Assembly (NCBI GenBank): GCA_040289515.1
Contig: PSLI01000041.1
Location: forward strand, 1-16,219
Source of the DNA: Candidatus Sysuimicrobiota bacterium
GTDB lineage: Bacteria > Sysuimicrobiota > Sysuimicrobiia > Sysuimicrobiales > Sysuimicrobiaceae
Direction of reading: 5' to 3'
Length of the DNA stretch: 16,219 nucleotides
This document shows positions 7,059-14,166 of the stretch, piece by piece. The translations under genes and the position numbers were made by a program. The notes under the pieces were generated by a model. That model was not told where the DNA came from, made no database searches, and saw nothing but the letters and a program-made list of their open reading frames with translations. Each line of letters opens with the position of its first letter. The first letter of the stretch is position 1.

Positions 7059-7791
7059 TTTTATCCACTCTAGCAGGCGTCTGCGGGGGAGTAAAGCCCT
7101 GAAGCCCCAGCACCACCGCCGCAGCCGCCACCGCGGCGGTCTCCGTGCGCAGCACGAGGGGCCCCAGGCTGCACAGGACGCCCGCGGTCTGCAGTCTGGC
7201 CACCTCCTCAGGGTCGAACCCACCCTCGGGGCCTACGAACAGTGCCAGGTCCTCCGCGGGGGAAGCGCTTACCCAGTGGGTGAGAGGATCCGTCGCCCGC
7301 TCCCACAGCACCAGGCGCAGCTGGTGCAGCTGGAAGCGCTCCAGAGCCTTCGGGAAATCCACCACCCGCGCCACCTGCGGGATGGTGGGCCTGCCGCACT
7401 GCTTGGCCGCCTCCGCGGCCACCCTGCGCCAGCGGTCCAACCGTTCCCCCGTGGCCACGGTGCGACGGGTCCGTACCGGCACGAAGGCAGCCACACCCAG
7501 CTCGGTCCCCATGCGCACCACCAGGTCCATGCGGTCGCCTTTGGGCAGGCCCTGGTACAGGGTCAGGCGGTACGGAACCGTTGGTGCGGGCACCGGACCC
7601 ACCACCCTGGCCCGCACCGCGGGTGTGGTCTGCACCAACTCGGCCTCCCAGTGGTGGCCGGCGCCGTCGAAGGCCAGGAATCGGTCACCGGGCCTGAGGC
7701 GCAGGACCTTCAGGGCGTGCCGGGCCTGCGGGGGATCGAGCAGCAGGGTGGAGGGTTCCTGTGGGTCGGGGCGAACCAGCAAGCGCCGCAC
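7051..7791 (-). CDS. rsmE: 16S rRNA m3U1498 methyltransferase RsmE, 246 aa
   Basis: GTG start 2 nt after the prmA stop. Motifs HALKVLRL, PKGDRMDLVVRMGTELGV, AAKQCGR, VGPEGGF and SLGPLVLRTETA. Canonical position after prmA. Confidence 0.95.
   Translation of the reverse strand: MRRLLVRPDPQEPSTLLLDPPQARHALKVLRLRPGDRFLAFDGAGHHWEAELVQTTPAVRARVVGPVPAPTVPYRLTLYQGLPKGDRMDLVVRMGTELGVAAFVPVRTRRTVATGERLDRWRRVAAEAAKQCGRPTIPQVARVVDFPKALERFQLHQLRLVLWERATDPLTHWVSASPAEDLALFVGPEGGFDPEEVARLQTAGVLCSLGPLVLRTETAAVAAAAVVLGLQGFTPPQTPARVDKKP
7067..7095 (-). promoter_or_regulatory. Putative upstream sigma70 promoter for carAB inside the 3' end of rsmE
   Basis: TTTACT (7095-7090), a 17-nt spacer ending in TGc (extended -10), and TAGAGT (7072-7067). 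The predicted start near 7060 lies immediately before the PyrR-like hairpin. Confidence 0.6.
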
Positions 7792-7793
7792 CG

Positions 7794-8681
7794 CTACCCC
7801 TGCTCCTGGCCCGGGGCCTGCAGCACCGCAGCCCGCCACTCACCGTCGCGCAGCACCCGCCGGATGTGCAGGCCCTGGTCCTGAGCTGCCTGCAGCACCG
7901 AGGGCGCGTTGGCCGCCACCATGCCCGAGACCACCCACGCCCCTTTCGGGCGGAGGTAGCCGCGCACCAGCGGCGCCGCGCGCAGGAGCACTTCCGCAGT
8001 GATGTTCATCAGCACCACGTCCGCGCGGCCCCGCAGCGGGCCAAAAAGATCCCCGCACCGCACCCGCACGCGGTCGAAGACCCGGTTGGCCTTCACGTTG
8101 GCTCTGGCGATCTGGCAGGCCAACCGGTCGCAGTCCACCGCCACCACCCGTGCGCCCAGCTTGGCCGTCGCGATGGCCAGGATGCCGGAGCCCGTGCCCA
8201 CGTCGAACACCCGGCAGCCCGGCCGCACCACCTCCGGCAGCACCCGCAGGCACAGGCGGGTGGACTCGTGCAGCCCGGTGCCGAAGGCCATGCCGGGATT
8301 CAGTACCACCACGCGGCAGCCCGCACGCCGAGGGCTGCGAAGCCACGGGGGCCGCACCAGGAACCGGCCCACCCGGAAGGGGCGGAAGTGCTTCCTCCAC
8401 GCGGTCGCCCACGGCCGGCTCGGCACGACCCGCACACGGACCTCTGCGGGTCCGGGGTCCAGGCCGTACGCGCGAAGCTGCAGCACCCGCTCCCGCACAG
8501 CCTCCGCGCATCTGCGAAAGACGGGATCGTCGGGCAGCCATGCCGTGAGCAGCACGCCATCGCCCCGGCCCTCCTCCACGCAGCCGCCCGCCAGCTCCAG
8601 CAGGTATGCGGCTGCGGCCTGTTGAGCCTCGCGGGACGTGAGCAGGGAAATCTCCAGCCACCGGGAGGGAATTGGCCTCAC
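7794..8681 (-). CDS. prmA: 50S ribosomal protein L11 methyltransferase PrmA, 295 aa
   Basis: Motifs [30 protein letters not shown] and SAM-binding [16 protein letters not shown] overlap with the dnaJ stop. Confidence 0.95.
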   Translation of the reverse strand: MRPIPSRWLEISLLTSREAQQAAAAYLLELAGGCVEEGRGDGVLLTAWLPDDPVFRRCAEAVRERVLQLRAYGLDPGPAEVRVRVVPSRPWATAWRKHFRPFRVGRFLVRPPWLRSPRRAGCRVVVLNPGMAFGTGLHESTRLCLRVLPEVVRPGCRVFDVGTGSGILAIATAKLGARVVAVDCDRLACQIARANVKANRVFDRVRVRCGDLFGPLRGRADVVLMNITAEVLLRAAPLVRGYLRPKGAWVVSGMVAANAPSVLQAAQDQGLHIRRVLRDGEWRAAVLQAPGQEQG

Positions 8682-9772
8682 GACAGCAGATCCCGCACGC
8701 GGTCGGAGAACTTGCGGCGTTGCGGCTTGACGTGCAGCCCCATGGTGCGGGCCAGCTCCACCAGGAGTCGGCGCTGTTCCGGGGTAAGGTGCCGGGGAAC
8801 CTCCACGCGCACCCGCAGCTGCAGGTCGCCGCGGCGCCCGCGAAGATCCGGCATCCCGCGGCCCCGCAGGGTCAGCACCTCTCCCGGCTGCACCCCCGCG
8901 GGCAGCGAGAACCGCTCAGGTCCCTCGAGGGTGGGGATCTCCACCTCGTCCCCCAGGGCAGCCTGGACCATGGAGACCTTCAGGTCCGCGTACAGGTCCA
9001 GTCCCTTTCGCTGGAAAACCGGGTGCCGGCTCAAGTGGACCACCACGTACAGGTCGCCCCGCGGCCCACCGTGCTGGCCCGCCTCCCCCTCCCCCGGGAC
9101 CCGCAGGGTGGTCCCCTCCTCCGCGCCAGGCGGAATCCGCACCGTGACCGTGCGCTGCGCTTCCACCCGCCCCGCCCCGCCGCACCGGGTGCAAGGGTTG
9201 ACCAGCACCGCACCCTCGCCCCCGCACCGCGGACAGGTGGTGATCTGCGTGAAGTGGCCGAAGGCGGTCCTGCGGGAGTACCGCAGCTGCCCCGTGCCGC
9301 GGCACGCGGGGCAGTCCTGTACCCCGTCGCCCCGCTCCGTGCCGGTCCCGAAACACGAAGCGCAGGTCTCCAGCCGGGTGACTTCCACCGAGCGTTCCGC
9401 GCCCCGTGCCGCCTCTTCCAACGTTACCTCCAGGTCGTACCGCAAATCGGCGCCCCTCTGTGGGCCCCGCTCCCGCCGGCGCACAGGCTCGCCGAAGAAC
9501 GCCTCGAACAAATCGTCGAAGGGGCTGCGGAAGTCTGTCGGTCCGGGGGCCGGGGCTGCCCGCCGGCCCAGGCGGTCGTACTCTGCGCGCTTCTGCGGGT
9601 CCGACAGCACCTGGTAGGCCTCGTTGATTTCCTTAAACCGCTCCTCCGCCTGCGGGTCGTCCTTGCGGACGTCCGGGTGGTACTCCCGGGCCAGACGGCG
9701 GTACGCCGCCTTGATCTCCTCCAGCGAGGCGTCCCGTGGGACGTTCAGAATCTCGTAGTAGTCGCGCGCCAT
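8678..9772 (-). CDS. dnaJ: Molecular chaperone DnaJ, 364 aa
   Basis: Begins [12 protein letters not shown]-domain with HPD, four CxxCxGxG repeats ([32 protein letters not shown]) and C-terminal GDLYV and QAALG motifs. The G/F-rich linker is short. Confidence 0.97.
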   Translation of the reverse strand: MARDYYEILNVPRDASLEEIKAAYRRLAREYHPDVRKDDPQAEERFKEINEAYQVLSDPQKRAEYDRLGRRAAPAPGPTDFRSPFDDLFEAFFGEPVRRRERGPQRGADLRYDLEVTLEEAARGAERSVEVTRLETCASCFGTGTERGDGVQDCPACRGTGQLRYSRRTAFGHFTQITTCPRCGGEGAVLVNPCTRCGGAGRVEAQRTVTVRIPPGAEEGTTLRVPGEGEAGQHGGPRGDLYVVVHLSRHPVFQRKGLDLYADLKVSMVQAALGDEVEIPTLEGPERFSLPAGVQPGEVLTLRGRGMPDLRGRRGDLQLRVRVEVPRHLTPEQRRLLVELARTMGLHVKPQRRKFSDRVRDLLS

Positions 9773-9905
9773 GGCTGTGCTTTTCCCCGCGTCGCCGATC
9801 CCCGACTTCCGGCGGTGTCGCCCTGCGGAGTCGGGGAGTCCACCTAAGTAAGAAGGGTACCCCAAACAAGGGAACGGTGTCCGGGGTCGGGTCCCTCCCG
9901 CGGCG

Positions 9906-10952
9906 TCAGACCACGCGGCTCAGGGTGTCGGAAAGAGTCTGGGCCAGGTACCGCACCAGGGCGATGGTGCGGGCGTACGGCATGCGGGTGGGCCCGACCA
10001 CCCCCACCACGCCTACGATCCGGCCCCGCACCCGGTACGCGGCAGCCACCACGCTGCAACCCCGGATGTCGTCCACGGGGTTCTCGCGCCCGATCCGCAC
10101 GTGCACGTCGGCGGGTGCGGGCAGGAGCACGTCCCGCAGGACCTCCTCCCGGTCCAGGGCGGCCAGCACGGGCCGGGCCCGCCGCACGTCCTGGAACTCC
10201 GGCTGCTTGAGGATGTTGGACACGCCCTCCACAAAGAACCGCACCCCCGTGCGGAGGCCCCCGTAGCGGCGCAGGTGCTCCACCACCGCGACCACCAGGT
10301 CGCGTGCCACCAGGTCGCCATGCCCCAGCCGCTCCACCTCGGAGTCGGAGAGGTCAGAGATGGTCCGGCCCGCGAGGGCCTGGGTGACCAGTTGGGAGAC
10401 GCGCCGCAGCTCGTCCTCCGTGGCCGGCCGGTGCAGGCGCACCACCCGCTGCTCCACAGCTCCTTCCGTCACCACCACCATCAGGGCCCGGTCCTCCACC
10501 AGGGGGATCAGGTGCAGGCGGCGCAGCTGGCGGGGTCCGCCGGACGTGCTGGCCACCGAGGGGTAGTCGGTGAGGGCCGCCAGAGTCTGCGCGGCTTCCG
10601 TGAGGGCCTCTTCCGGGTCGTCCCTGCCCTGTAGGCGCCGGCGGATCCGCTCCCGCTCTGTGGAGCTGAGCCAGGAGTCGCGGGCGAAGAGAAGGTGACC
10701 CGCCATCAGCCGATCCACGTACACGCGGTATGCACGGTCGGTGGGCACGCGGCCTGCCGAGGTGTGGGGCTGGTACAGGTACCCCATCTCCGTCAGCGCA
10801 TGCATCCCATTCCGGATGGTTGCGGCGCTGACGCCGAGCCCGTATCGGTGGCAGACGGCCTCGGAGGCCACCGGTTCCGCCCGGGCCACGTACTCCTGGA
10901 TCACAGCCCAGAGGATCTGCTGCTTGCGGGCGTCCAGCTTGTGCGCCAGCAT
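9906..10952 (-). CDS. hrcA: Heat-inducible transcription repressor HrcA, 348 aa
   Basis: Motifs [47 protein letters not shown] and [16 protein letters not shown] element lies directly upstream. Confidence 0.97.
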   Translation of the reverse strand: MLAHKLDARKQQILWAVIQEYVARAEPVASEAVCHRYGLGVSAATIRNGMHALTEMGYLYQPHTSAGRVPTDRAYRVYVDRLMAGHLLFARDSWLSSTERERIRRRLQGRDDPEEALTEAAQTLAALTDYPSVASTSGGPRQLRRLHLIPLVEDRALMVVVTEGAVEQRVVRLHRPATEDELRRVSQLVTQALAGRTISDLSDSEVERLGHGDLVARDLVVAVVEHLRRYGGLRTGVRFFVEGVSNILKQPEFQDVRRARPVLAALDREEVLRDVLLPAPADVHVRIGRENPVDDIRGCSVVAAAYRVRGRIVGVVGVVGPTRMPYARTIALVRYLAQTLSDTLSRVV

Positions 10953-10955
10953 GAC

Positions 10956-10982
10956 CTAGCACTCCGGACAGTAGAGTGCTAA
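10956..10982 (-). promoter_or_regulatory. CIRCE element (HrcA operator)
   Basis: TTAGCACTC-N9-GAGTGCTAG, one mismatch from consensus TTAGCACTC-N9-GAGTGCTAA, ending 3 nt before the hrcA ATG. Confidence 0.97.
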
Positions 10983-10992
10983 TCCCACGGCC

Positions 10993-11022
10993 ACCGTAAC
11001 ACCGGTGGATCCGGCCGGTCAA
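10993..11022 (-). promoter_or_regulatory. Putative sigma70 promoter of the hrcA operon
   Basis: TTGACC (11022-11017, overlapping the murJ stop), an 18-nt spacer ending in TGt, and TACGGT (10998-10993), 10 nt upstream of the CIRCE. Confidence 0.6.
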
Positions 11023-12629
11023 GCGCGGCTGGAAGCGGGTCTGCGCCGGAACACACCCAGCACCACCCCCAGCTCCTCCGTTCGGGCCACCGCGCTGGTG
11101 ACCAGGTAGGCTAGCCCTCCGGCTCCGAGAGCGAGCGCGAGCTGCACCAACTGGCCCCGTAGCCGCTGGGGATCCACCCAAAGCCCGGCTCCCGTGGCGG
11201 CTGCCCACGCCGCCAGCCCGCACAGCAGCGCCGCGGCAGCGGCGCGCAGCACGGTGCGCACGGCCCGGCGCCCCTCTAAAGACCCCAACCGCCGGCGCGC
11301 CAGCCACAGCAGGGCGGCCACGTTGGCGGTGGACACCGCGGAGGTGGCCAGGGCGATGCCCACGTGTCCCCACCAGCGCATGAACACCCAGTCCAGGACG
11401 GCGTTCAGGAGAATCGTGGCGGCCCCCACGCGCACCGGGGTGGACATGTCGTGCAGAGCGTAAAACAGCCGGGTGATCACCGTATAGCACGCCACGGAAA
11501 CCAAACCCACCCCGTACGCGGCCACCGCCGCCGCCACCGCCCGCGTGGCCTCCGGGCTGAAGTTGTACCGCTCGAACAGCACCCGCACCAGCAGGTCAGG
11601 AACCGCCACGTACACAGCCAGGACCGGGGCGGTGGCAAACACCGCGGCCCGCAACCCCAGGGATGCGGTGCGGCGCAGGGACTCCAGGTCCCCGGTCCCC
11701 GCGTGCCGGGATAAATGCGGGAAGATGGCGGTGGCGATGGAGATGGCGAAGAAGCCGACCGGCGCCTGCACCACCTCGTACGCGTAGTCCAGCACCGCCA
11801 CCGCGTTCACGGACCCCCCGGGCAGGTAGGAGGCGAACACCCTGTCCACGTAGCTGTTCACCTCCACCACCGCCAGCCCCAGCATGGCGGGCAGGGCCAG
11901 GCGTACCACCTCCCGCAGGGCCGGGTGGGTCAGCTCCAGCCGAGGTCGGTATCGCAGGCCCGCCCGCACCGCCGCGGGCACCTGCACGAGGCACTGGGCC
12001 GCGGTCCCCAGCACCCACGCGAATGCCAAGCCCCGGATACCCCAACGCGGAGCCAGAGCCACGGAGGCGGCGATGATCACCGCGTTAAACAGCAGGGGGG
12101 CCAGAGCGGGCACGGTGAACTGGTGGTGCGACTGCAGGTAGCCGGTGAGGAACAGCGACATTCCCAAAAAGAACATGGCCACGAAGAGGATGCGGGTGAG
12201 CTCCGTAGCCAGCCCCACCAGGAGCGGCAAGCCCGAAAACCCCGGCGCGGCCACGGCGACCAGCCACGGGGCTACCAGCTGCCCTGCGGCCACCATGCCC
12301 AGCCCCACCACGAAGACCAGGGTGAGCAGGTTGTTCACCACGCGCTCGGTCTCCCGGGGATCGCCCCGCGCCAGGTAACCAGTGATGGTGGGAATGAACA
12401 CGATGCTGAGGGTGCCCCCCAGAACCAGCCGCTGCACGAAGAAGGGCACCGAGTATGCCACCACGTACGCGGCCTTGGCGTCCCCGGCGCCGAACACGGC
12501 TGCCACCACTGCCTCCCGTACCACCCCGAGAAGCCGGCTGGCCACGGCCGCACCCGCCATGATCCCCGCTGCCCGAGCGATCTGCCTGGGGCTGCCGGAC
12601 CCTGGGGGAGGTGCGGACGCGCCGTGCAA
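11019..12629 (-). CDS. murJ: Lipid II flippase MurJ (MviN), ~536 aa; start uncertain
   Basis: Polytopic membrane protein with SRLLGVVRE, GGTLSIVFIP, APGF, APLLFN, APVGFFAISIATAIFP and RLFYALHDMSTPV. A TTG start was chosen 10 nt after GGAGGTG; the alternative ATG is at 12560. Confidence 0.93.
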   Translation of the reverse strand: MHGASAPPPGSGSPRQIARAAGIMAGAAVASRLLGVVREAVVAAVFGAGDAKAAYVVAYSVPFFVQRLVLGGTLSIVFIPTITGYLARGDPRETERVVNNLLTLVFVVGLGMVAAGQLVAPWLVAVAAPGFSGLPLLVGLATELTRILFVAMFFLGMSLFLTGYLQSHHQFTVPALAPLLFNAVIIAASVALAPRWGIRGLAFAWVLGTAAQCLVQVPAAVRAGLRYRPRLELTHPALREVVRLALPAMLGLAVVEVNSYVDRVFASYLPGGSVNAVAVLDYAYEVVQAPVGFFAISIATAIFPHLSRHAGTGDLESLRRTASLGLRAAVFATAPVLAVYVAVPDLLVRVLFERYNFSPEATRAVAAAVAAYGVGLVSVACYTVITRLFYALHDMSTPVRVGAATILLNAVLDWVFMRWWGHVGIALATSAVSTANVAALLWLARRRLGSLEGRRAVRTVLRAAAAALLCGLAAWAAATGAGLWVDPQRLRGQLVQLALALGAGGLAYLVTSAVARTEELGVVLGVFRRRPASSRA

Positions 12630-12666
12630 GGGAAAACACCACCTCCGGCTGCGGTCAGCTGGCGAT

Positions 12667-12676
12667 ATGGTACAAT
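12667..12676 (+). promoter_or_regulatory. Putative extended -10 for rpsT (TGgTACAAT), overlapping an opposite-strand TACCAT
   Basis: TGG-TACAAT at 12668-12676 lies in the 84-bp murJ/rpsT divergent gap. No good -35 is visible. Confidence 0.5.
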
Positions 12677-12713
12677 GCGCGCGGACCGTCGGTGAGAGGA
12701 GGCCGAGAAGGGC

Positions 12714-12959
12714 GTGGCGAAAGAGAGCCGTTCTGCACAGAAGCGGTTGCGGCAGACCATCAAACGCACCCTGCGCAACCGGGCGGTGAAATCCAGGATC
12801 AAGACCCTCACCAAGAAGGCCCGGGCCACCCGCGACCCGCAGGTGCTGCGCGAGGCGGTGAAGGCCATCGACAAGGCCGCGGCCAAGGGGATCCTCCACC
12901 CCAACACCGCCGCTCGCAGGAAAAGCCGCCTGATGCGGGCCGTGCAGCCATCGGGTTAG
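12714..12959 (+). CDS. rpsT: 30S ribosomal protein S20, 81 aa
   Basis: SAQKRLRQ...RNRAVKSRIKT...IDKAAAKGILHPNTAARRKSRL. AGGAGG lies upstream, and the gene converges on holA as commonly seen. Confidence 0.97.
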   Translation: MAKESRSAQKRLRQTIKRTLRNRAVKSRIKTLTKKARATRDPQVLREAVKAIDKAAAKGILHPNTAARRKSRLMRAVQPSG

Positions 12960-13939
12960 GCCGTCCCGCCCCCGCCGCCGGTCTGGCCGCACAGGCGCAC
13001 CACCAGCTGCTGGACCAGCACCTCCGGGGCCCCCGCGGACGTCTTCAGCTGCAGGTCGGTTCGCTCGATGTGCTGGTACAGCTGCGCCAGGCGCTCGCTG
13101 CCCAGGCGGCGCGCCTGCTCGCGGTACGCCCCGAACCGCCACGCCCGGTTACCCAGCACGCGGCGCACCTCCGCAGCTCCCGCATGCTGGATCGACAGCG
13201 CGTGCGCGTACACCAAGGCCCGAAAGTGGGACGCCAGCAGCGCCACCAGGGCCACAGGGTTCTCCCGCTGCAGCAGCCGGTGCAGGACCCGCAACGCCTG
13301 CGCGGCCTCGCCCCGGGCCACCGCGTCCGTCAGGGCGAACACGGACACCTCGGCACCGTGCGAGGCCACGGCCTCCACGTGGGCGAGCTCCACGGTGGCA
13401 TCCTCGTGCGCGTAGGCCACCAGCTTTTCCACCTCCGACGCGAGCGCCTGCAGGTCCGTGCCCACCGCGGCCCCCAGGGCCCGGGCCGCATCGCCGGTGA
13501 TACGCTTCCCCAGCTCCCGCACGCGGGAGGCTACCCACGCCACCGCACGCCGGTCGTCTACCCGGTCGGCCTCGACCACCTCCCCCACCCTCTGCACCAC
13601 GTTCCACAGGCGGCGCCGCCGATCTAGGGAAGCCGCCTCCAACACCACTACGGACGCCGGAGGGCCTGCTTCCAGGTGAGAGGCCAGCCGCTCCTGCGCG
13701 GGAGCCGGCATGCGGTGGACCTCCTGGACCACCACCACCCGAGCGGGCCCAAAGAAGGGCAGCGTGTCCAGGCGGGTGAGGAGCTCGAAGACGTCCAGCT
13801 CGCCCGCGTCCAGCCGATCCAGGTTCAGGCTTCTGTCCGCGGCCGAAAGGTGCGCGCTCACGATCCGATCCACCGCCTGGCGACGCAGCCAGGCCTCCTC
13901 GCCCACCACCAGGTACACCCGCGCCGCGCGGCCCCTCAT
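12956..13939 (-). CDS. holA: DNA polymerase III delta subunit, 327 aa
   Basis: Motifs VYLVVGEE, TLPFFGPARVVVV, LDRRRRL, ALASEVEKL, SVFALTDAV and TDLQLKTS. ATGA overlap with the upstream gene and comEC-holA-rpsT synteny. Confidence 0.93.
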   Translation of the reverse strand: MRGRAARVYLVVGEEAWLRRQAVDRIVSAHLSAADRSLNLDRLDAGELDVFELLTRLDTLPFFGPARVVVVQEVHRMPAPAQERLASHLEAGPPASVVVLEAASLDRRRRLWNVVQRVGEVVEADRVDDRRAVAWVASRVRELGKRITGDAARALGAAVGTDLQALASEVEKLVAYAHEDATVELAHVEAVASHGAEVSVFALTDAVARGEAAQALRVLHRLLQRENPVALVALLASHFRALVYAHALSIQHAGAAEVRRVLGNRAWRFGAYREQARRLGSERLAQLYQHIERTDLQLKTSAGAPEVLVQQLVVRLCGQTGGGGGTA

Positions 13940-14166
13940 TCCCCCTCCCGCAGCCGCCGCAGCTCGTCCCGCACCCGCGCCCGCCACGGGTTCGGTACCA
14001 GGCGCACCTGCATCCGCACGCCGCAGCCCTCCCGGACGCCCAGGGGCAGGGCCGAGCGTGGCAGGAAGGCTGCCTGACCCCCCTGGAGGACCAGGACGGC
14101 TACCTCGTCCTCCAACCGGTCCACCACGCCGTACAGCACCACGGCGGCTTGCTGGTCCGCACCCAT
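13936..14166 (-). CDS. Small DUF3006-like protein, 76 aa
   Basis: VVDRLEDEVAVL...LPRSALPLGVREG matches the DR-x-E-x3-AV...LP-x4-EG pattern I associate with DUF3006. GGGAGG SD lies 5 nt upstream, and the stop is coupled to the holA start. Confidence 0.75.
   Translation of the reverse strand: MGADQQAAVVLYGVVDRLEDEVAVLVLQGGQAAFLPRSALPLGVREGCGVRMQVRLVPNPWRARVRDELRRLREGE

Noticed and set aside
7061..7069. DnaA-box-like TTATCCACT
   Set aside because: It is a single 8/9 match, better explained as part of the -10 and start region of the upstream carAB promoter.
459..7102. Long plus-strand ORFs (459-2384, 3052-6036, 5738-7102) and similar ones further right
   Set aside because: They are antisense shadows of real genes in high-GC DNA, with low-complexity translations and no recognisable motifs.
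12630..13142. Apparent N-terminal extension of MurJ
   Set aside because: It is antisense to rpsT and overlaps holA. An SD and TTG start lie at 12629.
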